A stretch of DNA of 64,000 nucleotides from an uncultured Phycisphaerales bacterium (GTDB taxonomy: Bacteria > Planctomycetota > Phycisphaerae > Sedimentisphaerales > Anaerobacaceae), in the NCBI GenBank assembly GCA_963718665.1, contig OY970359.1:1440001-1504000 (forward strand), read 5' to 3'. Each line of letters opens with the position of its first letter. The stretch's first letter is position 1. This document shows positions 8,809 through 18,487 of this stretch, in pieces. Under the pieces are notes generated by a model. That model ran no database searches, was not told where the DNA came from, and saw only the letters and a list, made by a program, of their open reading frames with translations. A program made the position numbers and the translations under genes.

Positions 8809-11610
8809 TTATGGCACACGGTACTGAAATGATGTTGTGATACTGCCGCCGGGGGGGATTATTTTCTCGACGTGAAGTTCAATCCGCCCATCCTTTGTCC
8901 GTCTCTCCATATCTTTCGGCGTCGTGCTAATCAGTTCCGCTCCGGCGGGCAGCAGATACGTTTCTATCCGTTGAGTCGGCTCATCTACTGCCGGACTGTG
9001 CCTCATATAATACTGAAATGTTTTTTCGCTGCCGGCTACCGGCTTTATTAATCCCTTCATCGTCCCGTCACAGGTGTATTCAATTAATCCGTTTGGTGGT
9101 ATCGGCTCGTTAAAAGTAACTTCATACCGATAGATATCCCCGTCGTGTACGCTCGTGAATTTCATATCCCTGCCGTTGGCGTCTCTCATTGCTGTAACCT
9201 GCACAAAATCCGAATTAATAAAATTTTGGGTGGTTATTTCTCTTCCGCTTTTGTTTGTCTCACGAGTGGGATTTTTGAAGAAAATTGTCCCATCGGGCCG
9301 TATGTCATCGTATATTATTTGCGTATAAGGCGCCGACTCAGTCCTGCTTTCTTTCCCTTCCGGCGCAGGCGCAGATGATGTTTTCTGTGTGCGCTCATTT
9401 ACGCTTCTTGCCTTTGCGATTAACTCTTCAGGGATAACTGTCGGCTTGCCGTCTTTATCCTTCGTCGCGAACACAAGAACGTATGGCTTAGCCGGGCTGC
9501 CCGAGAGATTCACGAAACCAATATACGGTTCAACATTAAATGCCACTAAATATGCCTTGCCCGGTTCAAGTTTCACCGGCAGTGTGCAGGTCTTCTTTTC
9601 CTCGTCATAGTAAGGTTTGCCCGTCGTTTCAGGATAAGGAGCGTCCCATTGAACCCACGACCACGATTTATCCTTCATCTGCTGGTTAAACGTAACCGTG
9701 AGGTTGTTCAAATCCGCCGACACGTCATTCGCGAACGTTGCCGGAGTTGTTCTTATAACAACCGGCGGGCTGCTATCTGCATGAGCCGCCGCCTCTCCTT
9801 GCACTGAATCTGACCCTGCGGATGAATCTTCGTTAACCCGCACATTGTCTATCGAGGCAGCCACCACCGACTTGTTTTCGTCAATGGAATAATGGCTTTC
9901 ATCGAACAGCCAAAGTCCCGGCTTGTGCAGCTTGAACGTCCAGTTAAAATGCATATGCATATTAGGCATATCATTTTTGTCAATCTTGACTCTTAACGGC
10001 ACATAGTGCGTCTCATCAACCGCCGCGTAATCCGAGAAATACTCATATACCTCGTTGCACTTTGCCCTGACAGGGAGCATCTTCTTCGCATCAATCCAAA
10101 ACGTTCCCCCTTCCACCGGCTGATTAAAAGAGCCATACCAGCTTCCTCTTAGTCCATTGCCCATGCGAATTTGTATCGACTCCTTCAGCTTAAAATCAGT
10201 CCTAATAATCCCGTTGACTTCTTCGATTGAGGTGTAGGTCGCAGCAAATGGCTCCTTTGCCAATTTGTGAAGGAGCGAATCGTATGTAATGCCCTGCCGT
10301 ATGGCCCTGTCAGCCGATGATGGTTCTGATGCCTTGAACGTTTTGGTCTCTCCATGATAAAGGGAAAACTCGTATGAATATTTTTTAACCTCCGCCGGCG
10401 GCCCTATTAACCAATAGCGATTCACCTCAGCCATCCGTTTGATGATTTCTTCGCCCCTGCTTTGCACGTCCATCGTTTGTCCTCCGGCTTTTACCCCCTT
10501 CGCCATCGGCAATAGTACCGCCGCAAAAGCAATTATCAGCGCAAGTCCGACAAAACCTATTTTCGTGTCTTTGGGTATGGGTTTGCTTAGCATAATTTTA
10601 ATCCTTTCTTTCAATTTGCTCTTGGACTCGATAATACTTACCGTCGCCAATCTGAACTGCGGCTGCAAAAATGCCTTCTCCGCAACGTCTATGAGAGTAT
10701 TGCTGTAGCTTGCCACCGCGCCGTTGAGGCGAGTCAGGACCATTTCATCGACGGCCTGCTCACGAACCCGGCGAGCGTAAGCATTCGCCGCCCACACAAA
10801 AGGATTATAAAAATAGAATATCTGGAGGATTGTCTGAAACAGATTGACCCACAAGTCGGCGCGTTTCACGTGGCTAAGCTCGTGCATCAGCACCATAGCC
10901 AGTTTCGAGTGGTTCATCTTTTCGAGAAGGCCGGTGGGTACTATAATCACGTGCCGAAACAGCCCGCACACGGCAGGACTGACCATATTGTTCGACAGTC
11001 GTAACTCCACGATACCATTGACGCCGATTCTTTCCTGGCAGTTACGAACCATATCGACTAATCGCTCTGATGCCGGCTTGCTTTGAGTAATCAGCTTTTT
11101 TATGGATGCAATCCGCCGGATGAATCCTGCCAAAAGTGCAAGGACGCCAAAGAGCCAGACAATAAATATTCCCCCTCGCCAGTTCAGTGGGGCAGTTTCA
11201 ACCGATGCCGGTGATTCTGCTGCCTTGACGACGCGGTTTTCAACAATATCTTGCGGCGAGTTTATAGGCCGGGCAAATTCGCTGCTCGTTTGAACGGGCG
11301 TTGCTGTGGCTGGGGTATAAGCAGTTTGTATCTGTGGTTCCGGCGGCTTGACTTGCGTTAGTTGGACCGAAAAGTTTACGCCGGTCAAATACCCAATACC
11401 GGTCGGCAGCGATAGCGTCGTCGGCAAAACAAGTTTAACTAACAGCAGACACCACAGGCAATATCGCAGCGATGCCTTCACTCGCCTGCGAATAGCGATA
11501 TCCGCTAAAAAAAGCAGAGAGGCCAATAACCCGAATTGCACCAGCATCGTCAGACCGTGCTGGCAGAAGATTGCCCCGCTTTTATTGAGAACGCTGATAA
11601 TAGTTCCCAT
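8809..11610 (-). CDS. BlaR1-like M56 family metallopeptidase / signal transducer with non-PBP extracellular domains (one Ig-like)
   Basis: N-terminal TMs, SPAVCG, HELSHVKR zinc motif, REQAVDE; later PPVVIRTTP..VTFNQQM Ig-like segment; follows a BlaI-like gene. Confidence 0.9.
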   Translation of the reverse strand: MGTIISVLNKSGAIFCQHGLTMLVQFGLLASLLFLADIAIRRRVKASLRYCLWCLLLVKLVLPTTLSLPTGIGYLTGVNFSVQLTQVKPPEPQIQTAYTPATATPVQTSSEFARPINSPQDIVENRVVKAAESPASVETAPLNWRGGIFIVWLFGVLALLAGFIRRIASIKKLITQSKPASERLVDMVRNCQERIGVNGIVELRLSNNMVSPAVCGLFRHVIIVPTGLLEKMNHSKLAMVLMHELSHVKRADLWVNLFQTILQIFYFYNPFVWAANAYARRVREQAVDEMVLTRLNGAVASYSNTLIDVAEKAFLQPQFRLATVSIIESKSKLKERIKIMLSKPIPKDTKIGFVGLALIIAFAAVLLPMAKGVKAGGQTMDVQSRGEEIIKRMAEVNRYWLIGPPAEVKKYSYEFSLYHGETKTFKASEPSSADRAIRQGITYDSLLHKLAKEPFAATYTSIEEVNGIIRTDFKLKESIQIRMGNGLRGSWYGSFNQPVEGGTFWIDAKKMLPVRAKCNEVYEYFSDYAAVDETHYVPLRVKIDKNDMPNMHMHFNWTFKLHKPGLWLFDESHYSIDENKSVVAASIDNVRVNEDSSAGSDSVQGEAAAHADSSPPVVIRTTPATFANDVSADLNNLTVTFNQQMKDKSWSWVQWDAPYPETTGKPYYDEEKKTCTLPVKLEPGKAYLVAFNVEPYIGFVNLSGSPAKPYVLVFATKDKDGKPTVIPEELIAKARSVNERTQKTSSAPAPEGKESRTESAPYTQIIYDDIRPDGTIFFKNPTRETNKSGREITTQNFINSDFVQVTAMRDANGRDMKFTSVHDGDIYRYEVTFNEPIPPNGLIEYTCDGTMKGLIKPVAGSEKTFQYYMRHSPAVDEPTQRIETYLLPAGAELISTTPKDMERRTKDGRIELHVEKIIPPGGSITTSFQYRVP

Positions 11611-11628
11611 AGTTTTGCCCTTTCCGAA

Positions 11629-12063
11629 TTAAATTGACGTAAGGCCCTGCTTGTTCCTTCCTGTTTTGCCAACAATATCCCTTAGTTCTTTTATCTGATT
11701 TTCAGACAGATTCTCGTTTTCGACTAAAAATTGAACCATCGGCGCAAGAGCTCCGTCGAATGCCCGGCCCAGCATCTTGCGAAATTCTCCTTTCGCCGCC
11801 TGGGTCCTGTTTATCTGCGAGCTGAAAAGCTGAAGGTTGCGGACCTTGTTTATTTTAAGCAAACCCTTATCGACCATCCGGTCCATCGTGGTCTTGACTG
11901 TGCTGTAAGCCCATCCCTTTTCGGTGGTCAGCGCCTCCTGTACCGTCCCCGCCGCACAGGGTTGGTGTTCCCATACCGCTTTCATTATTGCCCATTCCGC
12001 CTCCGTCAGCTCGCCAAAAGTCGCCTTGCTCTTCCCTTTCGAATTCTCTTTTCCGCCAACCAT
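11629..12063 (-). CDS. BlaI/MecI/CopY family transcriptional repressor
   Basis: LTEAEWAIMKAVW, WAYSTVKTTMDRMVDKG; GGAGG RBS before ATG 12063. Confidence 0.93.
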   Translation of the reverse strand: MVGGKENSKGKSKATFGELTEAEWAIMKAVWEHQPCAAGTVQEALTTEKGWAYSTVKTTMDRMVDKGLLKINKVRNLQLFSSQINRTQAAKGEFRKMLGRAFDGALAPMVQFLVENENLSENQIKELRDIVGKTGRNKQGLTSI

Positions 12064-12078
12064 AGAGCAACCTCCATA

Positions 12079-12124
12079 TATTCTACTGCGATAGAATATA
12101 TTCGACACGTGTAGAATAAGTCAA
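12079..12124 (-). promoter_or_regulatory. Two tandem 20-bp BlaI-type operators overlapping a sigma70-like promoter
   Basis: TATTCTACTGCGATAGAATA (12079-12098) and TATTCGACACGTGTAGAATA (12099-12118), resembling TACA-N2-TGTA; TTGACT...TATATT on the minus strand. Confidence 0.8.
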
Positions 12125-12395
12125 GATAATTTTTGAGATTTTTCAAAAATATTTTTTACTCCCCCCTCAAAATCTTTCTCAGGCCTGATGGCCATTCATG
12201 TTTCTTTTTGGAATACCGCCGTTGTTTTTTGTAAACATAAATACAGAATCTATCCCAAATTGGCATGTTATAGGCCTTAATGCATAATAGGGCAATTTAG
12301 TCACAGAGTATGCGTTGCAAAAAAACAACACAGTGCTAAAGAGTGTCAGTGAGCTGTGTTATACACTCAATCACAAAAGATATGTAACCTTATCT

Positions 12396-12497
12396 ATGCC
12401 AAATCGTTATGTCCTTCCTGTTTTCTCAACTATCATCCTTATGCTCATTGGCATAACATTTGCTCTCCTCTTCATTTTACTTTTGATTGTTAAATGA
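12396..12497 (+). CDS. Putative 33-aa hydrophobic small membrane peptide
   Basis: MPNRYVLPVFSTIILMLIGITFALLFILLLIVK*; no clear RBS. Confidence 0.4.
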   Translation: MPNRYVLPVFSTIILMLIGITFALLFILLLIVK

Positions 12498-12597
12498 TTG
12501 GGCGGGACGCTCAAAAACCCATTGATAGGAGGAGTGGTGTCCGCCCGATTTAAAGATAGCCAAAATCGGCTCGGCCGATTTTGTTATCCTATAGATA

Positions 12598-12631
12598 GGG
12601 GTCGCCGGAGGAGGCGACCCTGCTTTTTTTT
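12598..12631 (+). terminator. Rho-independent terminator
   Basis: GGGGTCGCC-GGAGGA-GGCGACCCT followed by GC and T8. Confidence 0.8.
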
Positions 12632-12725
12632 ACACCTGTCCGCCGGAATCTCTTATAATCAGGCAAGCTATGGAACCATAGTCGGGTAAGCTATGGGCAA
12701 GTTGTGAAATTATAATCGGGCGGGT

Positions 12726-13778
12726 ATGGAACGGGCTGGCTACAGGATAGTCGACGCGAATTTTAACCGGGCACGTGAGGCGCTGCGCGTAATTGAGGAT
12801 TATTGCCGATTCAATCTCAATTGCGCCCTGCTTAGCGGCCGGGCAAAGGAGATGCGTCATCAGCTATCATCAGCAATTGCCTGTCTTAACGCCGGGCAGT
12901 TGCTCGCAAGCAGAGATACGCCGGGCGACGTCGGCGTCGGGCAAACAATCGAAAACGCTATTGGCAGGGCGGATTTGAAGGATTCGCTCACCGCGGCATG
13001 CAAACGGCTACCTGAGGCGCTTCGGGTCATTGCGGAAGCATTACGAAGCGTTGAGCCAGGGATAGCCGACCAGATAGAACGCCTGCGATATGCCGCCTAC
13101 ACACTTGAAAAGGATATTGCCCTGTTTGCGGATGCCCGGGGCAGGTTCAGCAAGGTTCGGCTGTATGTCTTAATAAGTTCAAATTTACCCACCAATGTTT
13201 TTACTTTGGCGGGTCAATGTATCGCGGGCGGGGTTGACTGCCTTCAGTTGCGGGCAAAAGATATTGACGCGGACAAGTATTTCGCTATCGCCTGTGAATT
13301 TGTGAAGATGTGCAAAGACGCGGGGGTTATAAGCATTATTAATGACCGAGCTGATATTGCCATCGCGAGCGGCGCGGATGGGGTTCATTTGGGACAAAAT
13401 GATTTGCCGGTCGAGCAGGCACGCAAACTTCAGATGACGCCTATGATTTTTGGCAAGAGCACGCATTCACTTACCCAGCTTAACGCGGCAGTTGTGGAGT
13501 TGCCGACGTATGTTTCGCTTGGGCCTGTGTTCGCGACGCCGACCAAACCGGAGGCGAAACCGGTAGGCCTCGATTATGTTAAGCGGGCGTTACCTATTTT
13601 AACAGATACGGGTGTTGGCCACGTTGCTATTGGCGGCATAACCGAAAGCAATATCGATGCCGTATTGGCAACGGGTGCTCGGATTATCGCGGTCAGTTCG
13701 GCGGTTACCGCTTCACCGGACCCGAAAGCGGTTTGTAAAAAGCTTAAACAAAAAATCGCGGCATTTCTTGATAAGTAG
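12726..13778 (+). CDS. thiE: Thiamine-phosphate synthase, long form with N-terminal helical (ThiD2-like) domain
   Basis: RIVDANFNRAREALRVIED N-domain; QLRAK, IINDRAD, GVHLGQND, STHS, GPVFATPTK, AIGGI. Confidence 0.95.
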   Translation: MERAGYRIVDANFNRAREALRVIEDYCRFNLNCALLSGRAKEMRHQLSSAIACLNAGQLLASRDTPGDVGVGQTIENAIGRADLKDSLTAACKRLPEALRVIAEALRSVEPGIADQIERLRYAAYTLEKDIALFADARGRFSKVRLYVLISSNLPTNVFTLAGQCIAGGVDCLQLRAKDIDADKYFAIACEFVKMCKDAGVISIINDRADIAIASGADGVHLGQNDLPVEQARKLQMTPMIFGKSTHSLTQLNAAVVELPTYVSLGPVFATPTKPEAKPVGLDYVKRALPILTDTGVGHVAIGGITESNIDAVLATGARIIAVSSAVTASPDPKAVCKKLKQKIAAFLDK

Positions 13779-13863
13779 TAATTTCGTAACTGCCGGTGTA
13801 CCCACGATTTGCCGACTTGATAAACGGAAGTGCCGCAAGTAGCAGTAATTGTGAAACGGGGAG

Positions 13864-14120
13864 TTATCCACTTTAGTTTTAGCGATTTGTTAAAACAGTT
13901 TGAACTTTCTAACAATCAATATCTTACCCAGATTAAATATCTGGACTCAGCTTGCCCATTATGACCCCCCGCTGTTGAATCGTAACTCCTTATTTACGCT
14001 ATAGTTAGCATTTGCCCCATAACCGCTTACCTCGATATTTTGTTATTTTGGTAACAAATAACGATAGGACTGTTTTTCCTACTCGAATATAGGGTGAAAA
14101 CTATCAACAAGTTATCCACA
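13864..14120. promoter_or_regulatory. DnaA-box-like sites in the thiE-dapA intergenic region
   Basis: TTATCCACT 13864-13872; CTATCAACA 14101-14109 in tandem with perfect TTATCCACA 14112-14120. Confidence 0.45.
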
Positions 14121-14341
14121 TAGCCGGATTGTTAATAGATAGCTTCGATTTTCCTTAAAAGGGGCCGCTATATGGAGAGGCGGTTTTTGGGGAAATGCTA
14201 TTGCATAAGGCGGAGCGAACCTTTTGGTTGGGTCTTTTGTGGCGGGGAATTGAAATACGCTTGATTAAAGCGGAAGAAAAGGGTAAAAGGTATGGCTGAT
14301 TTTTGATTTCGGATTTCAGATTTAGTTTAGGAGAATGATAA

Positions 14342-15214
14342 ATGTTCGCAGGTGCAATGACAGCGCTGATAACGCCTTTCAGGGACGGGCAGGTCGATTT
14401 TGATACGCTCGATGAGCTGATTGAGTTTCAAATCGAAGGCGGAATAGACGGTATAGTGCCGGTTGCAACAACGGGCGAATGCCCGACGCTGAGCCACGAT
14501 GAGCACAAAAAAGTCATCGAACGCGTGGTCAAAACCGTGGCGGGGCAGGTTCCTGTAATCGCGGGGGCCGGCTCAAATTCGACGGCTGAGGCAATCGAAT
14601 TGACGGCATTTGCGAAAAAAATCGGCGCGGACGCAACTTTGCAGGTTGCCCCGTATTACAATAAGCCGACACAGGAAGGTTTTTACCAGCACTTCAAAGC
14701 CATCGCCGAAGAAGTGGATTTGCCGATTGTGCTGTATGATGTTCCCGGCAGATGCGGCGCGGGGATAACCGTCGATACGATTGTGCGTCTTTCCGAGATT
14801 GAGAATATCGTCGGGATAAAAGACGCGACGGGCCAGATGGACCACGTCAGCGAAATCGCGACGCGATGTAATATGACGATTTTGTCGGGCGATGACTCGA
14901 TGACGCTGCCAATAGCCGCGGTTGGAGGCAAAGGCGTAATCAGCGTCGTATCAAATATAGCGCCTGCCGATGTAAAAGCATTGACGGACGCGATATTAGA
15001 AAGCGATTTTACGAGCGCCCTGAAATGGCACAAAAAACTATTTGCGCTGAGCAGGGGAATGCTTTCGCTGGCGACCAATCCGATACCGGTCAAAGCGGCG
15101 ATGGCGATGCTGAACCTGTCGGATGAAGAGATGCGACTGCCTTTGGTGCCGATGGAAGAAAGCAAAAAAGCGCTTCTGCGAAAAACATTGCAGGAATACG
15201 GGCTGCTAAAATAA
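14342..15214 (+). CDS. dapA: 4-hydroxy-tetrahydrodipicolinate synthase
   Basis: TALITPF, TTGE, GAGSNST, PYYNKP, GIKDATG, SGDD, NPIPVK. Confidence 0.97.
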   Translation: MFAGAMTALITPFRDGQVDFDTLDELIEFQIEGGIDGIVPVATTGECPTLSHDEHKKVIERVVKTVAGQVPVIAGAGSNSTAEAIELTAFAKKIGADATLQVAPYYNKPTQEGFYQHFKAIAEEVDLPIVLYDVPGRCGAGITVDTIVRLSEIENIVGIKDATGQMDHVSEIATRCNMTILSGDDSMTLPIAAVGGKGVISVVSNIAPADVKALTDAILESDFTSALKWHKKLFALSRGMLSLATNPIPVKAAMAMLNLSDEEMRLPLVPMEESKKALLRKTLQEYGLLK

Positions 15215-15310
15215 TTGCCGATTGCGCCACGCTGTTATGGCGGGTAAACCCGCCTGCGGCGAAACCGTGTCAAACTCGGTTTTTAAGCGAAAAAGGCAAG
15301 TCGGCCTAAC

Positions 15311-16492
15311 TCAAACTGTCATCTTTGGGATAAAAACGTCGGATACAGAACGTATTGCGAAACTGTCAGTCATACCAGCAATGAAGTCCAAAACGATCAG
15401 TTCATTTGGGTCATCAGGCTTATAAACACCCTTCATGTCCCTAGCAACGAAATCCCGGAAAGTCCTATAAACCTGAGGAATCGAGGTGTCGTCAGCTGGA
15501 GGATAATCATAATTCTGAAATCCGTTTCTCTGCTTGAGTTCAGATAGCAAATCGTAAAAAAGATATTCGATGGTTTTCTTGGCTTGGGTTTTGTACATTT
15601 CTGCTTGGTCGCTGTGATAAATGCGTTCATCATTAAAATTAATCAATTCGTGCAGGAGATCACCTAATCCGTGGGATATTGCTATGTAATCTTTATCATA
15701 GCTTTCCTTGACCATGTCTTCAATGAACCTGCCGATGATTTGCCCATTAGTAGTACCCAATACTATTCTAAACTTTTCGGGAATATCTGGTTCCTTGATA
15801 ACTCCAACCTCAATGGCATCTTCTATATCTTTACCAACATATGCAATCTTATCAATCAAACGAACGATACATCCTTCTGGAGTTGCTGGATTACCCGCAT
15901 CTTCGCACGTCTTGATTATATCTAGGTTTTTCTCCTTGTTAGCTGGTTCAAGCTTACAAGTGGTAAAATCCTCTCCGCAGTGCGAGATGATACCATCTCT
16001 TACTTCCCACATTAGGTTAAGGCCCGGTCTCTCCCTGTCTCGCTTGGCGATACGATCAACTACTCTCAGACCATATATTTCATGAGAAAACTTTGGCATC
16101 AATTCCTTAAGAACAGGATGCTTGTTAAAAATATCTGTGAGAAACTCCTCACCTTGATGGCCAAACGGTGCATGTCCTATATCGTGAGCCAATCCTATTG
16201 CTTCAGCCAAATCTTCATTTAAGCCAAGACAGCGAGCGACAGTTCTGGCTGCGGACGCAACGAATCTTACATGGTCCATTCTTGTGCTGATATGGTCATT
16301 TTGGGGGAAGTAAAAAACTTGTGTTTTATGTCTTAAGCGACGAAACGATTGAGAATAGATAATTCTGTGAACATCTCTTTGGAAATCAGTCCGGAATTTG
16401 TCAGGGCCCTGAGGTGTTTGTCTACCGCGACTTGTTATGGTTGCGTATTTACTTGGGAATAATTCTTTTTCGAGTCTTCTGAAATGTTCCAT
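15311..16492 (-). CDS. HD-domain dNTP triphosphohydrolase (dGTPase family, short form)
   Basis: RTDFQRD..RII.S.SFRRL.HKTQV, TRMDH, HDIGHAPFGHQGE, DKIAY...DIED, DFIAGMTD. Confidence 0.92.
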   Translation of the reverse strand: MEHFRRLEKELFPSKYATITSRGRQTPQGPDKFRTDFQRDVHRIIYSQSFRRLRHKTQVFYFPQNDHISTRMDHVRFVASAARTVARCLGLNEDLAEAIGLAHDIGHAPFGHQGEEFLTDIFNKHPVLKELMPKFSHEIYGLRVVDRIAKRDRERPGLNLMWEVRDGIISHCGEDFTTCKLEPANKEKNLDIIKTCEDAGNPATPEGCIVRLIDKIAYVGKDIEDAIEVGVIKEPDIPEKFRIVLGTTNGQIIGRFIEDMVKESYDKDYIAISHGLGDLLHELINFNDERIYHSDQAEMYKTQAKKTIEYLFYDLLSELKQRNGFQNYDYPPADDTSIPQVYRTFRDFVARDMKGVYKPDDPNELIVLDFIAGMTDSFAIRSVSDVFIPKMTV

Positions 16493-17106
16493 GCCTTGTC
16501 CCTAAAGAGATTAATGAGTAAATCAGCGATATCGCTGGAAGGTTTTTGCGCAGACAAGTAATCACTAATCTCTTTTCCTCTCCTCGTAGCATCCTCAAAA
16601 ATGGGTTCTTTTGCTTGCAAGAAATTGCTTACGGCCGCAGAGAACTTGACCTCAAAAGATCCGGCAATTTTATCATAGCTATCGACGAAAGAAAAGTCGG
16701 CCAGACCAAGAACCAACGGGTTGCAGTTGCCCTCAATTAGCGACCGAGAATCATTCTTAAATATCACAACGACTTTATTATGGGCCCAAGCTATGCCCGC
16801 TTCGACCATTGCTCCTTCATCTGGAACGCGCCCATTCATGTTGAGCAATAATCCCGAACTATTCATTATCTGGAAAACGTCTAACGAGAAGATTGCCATA
16901 TTGAGAATCTTCTGAGCACTTTGTGCCGGGAACCCCTTCTCTATGAAAAATGGGAATAACTCTGCGAACTCTAGACCATTGCGCTGTGGTAGAAAAACTG
17001 GATATCCCGCATTCTCAAGAACCAAAGCGATTTGTGCCATCTCTTCTTTTTCTATGGGATTGAACAACGGACCGGCACAATATATCTTGTACGGACGTTT
17101 TTCCAC
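16435..17106 (-). CDS. Nucleoside 2-deoxyribosyltransferase / nucleotide N-glycosidase family protein
   Basis: IYCAGPLF, GYPVFLPQ, IF..D, PDEG...EAG.A.A..K with the catalytic Glu; AAGGAG RBS before GTG 17106. Confidence 0.88.
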   Translation of the reverse strand: MEKRPYKIYCAGPLFNPIEKEEMAQIALVLENAGYPVFLPQRNGLEFAELFPFFIEKGFPAQSAQKILNMAIFSLDVFQIMNSSGLLLNMNGRVPDEGAMVEAGIAWAHNKVVVIFKNDSRSLIEGNCNPLVLGLADFSFVDSYDKIAGSFEVKFSAAVSNFLQAKEPIFEDATRRGKEISDYLSAQKPSSDIADLLINLFRDKAWNISEDSKKNYSQVNTQP

Positions 17107-17871
17107 ACTTTTCTCCTTGGCGATAACGTTTAACGTCACGAAACCATGTAAACATAGCTTAAAATAGAAATCCGAGCTTTCATTGTCAATACTAATCCCG
17201 GCAAGATATAAGTTTTTTAAAAAACCAATAGCGTATGTAAAATAGAAAAGGAAGACCGACAAGTTTTATTACCCGGCTGCGGGAACAACAAAAGCATTCG
17301 AGGGCAAGCGGGTGGATAAGGAAGGTTAGCGGAAAATTGTTTACTGGAAACCAAATTTTCGACATAAAAAACAGCGGTGATGGGTACATTGAAAACTGAC
17401 GTAAATCCATTATTAGTAAGCAGTTATCAATAAATGCCCCTCATTTACCAAGTCCTTTTTTGTGTGTTTTTTGTGCCTTTTTGTGGCCATTTTTGACGTG
17501 TTTTTTTGTGGTCATTTTTGCCGTAACCTCTTTCCTTATATCGGCTTAAATTCTGGATATGAACGGTCGTATAAAACAAATGTATCAAACAGTTGTATGA
17601 TACAACTGTTATCCATTTTGCGCAGGTGTTTTTGACCATTTCCCAGAATTCTGAAAAAATTTTCTATTCCTTATTACATAAGCACTTATGCACTTTTGCG
17701 CCTGTGCTCTTTTTCGGATTTTTCGTCAAAAGCGCGAAGTTGCGCCATAGGGTAGAGGGACCTTAGTGGTTCTTCATGAGGTGATTAGCCCGCAGGCCCG
17801 CCTGCGGGTCATGAAAACCAAAATTAAAAACTTAGTGTCTTTGTGTCTTAGTGGTAGAAGAGGAGGAGAGT

Positions 17872-18474
17872 ATGGCAACGATTAACATAACGATACCCAA
17901 TTGGCTCGACCGCATTTGTGCCTGGCCGGTAACGGCCTATCGGCGATTCAAATACGGTTATCCATTTCGCAGGATTTATCTCGGCGAAGGCCAATGGACA
18001 ATCCTTGACCAGCAGGATTACTACCGTCTGAATAATTTCAGATGGTTTCTCAAAGGAAATGGAAAAAAATTCTATGCCCTCAGGAGCTTCAAAAATGATT
18101 CTGTCAGGACAAAAATGGTTTCAATGCACAAGGAAATAATGAATCCCCCGCCGGGTTTATTAGTTGACCATAGAAACGGCCTGTCATTGGATAATCGCAG
18201 AGAAAATCTTCGTATTGCAACACACGTTCAGAACTCCTGCAACACCCGAATAGATAAAACCAAAACGACCTCGCGGTTCAGAGGAGTTTATTTGCAGAAA
18301 CGCTCCGGCCGATGGATAGCAAGAATTTATTTTCAGGGCCAAAGAATTTGGCTTGGAATTTTCGATTCTGAAATCGAAGCCGCCCGTGCTTACGACCAAG
18401 CAGCAAGAATGTATCATAAGGAATTTGCACGTCTTAATTTTCCGGAGGAAAATTCACTATCCGCTACCCGCTGA
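17872..18474 (+). CDS. HNH endonuclease - AP2 DNA-binding domain protein (copy 1)
   Basis: [24 protein letters not shown]...RWIARI...[18 protein letters not shown]...ARLNF AP2; AGGAGGAG RBS. Confidence 0.9.
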   Translation: MATINITIPNWLDRICAWPVTAYRRFKYGYPFRRIYLGEGQWTILDQQDYYRLNNFRWFLKGNGKKFYALRSFKNDSVRTKMVSMHKEIMNPPPGLLVDHRNGLSLDNRRENLRIATHVQNSCNTRIDKTKTTSRFRGVYLQKRSGRWIARIYFQGQRIWLGIFDSEIEAARAYDQAARMYHKEFARLNFPEENSLSATR

Positions 18475-18487
18475 ACGCTGTCCGCTA

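Noticed and set aside
12500..12725. TPP riboswitch upstream of thiE
   Set aside because: The conserved CTGAGA and ACCTGA core elements are absent; the hairpins present do not fit
14120..14340. Lysine riboswitch upstream of dapA
   Set aside because: No recognisable L-box core or terminator architecture
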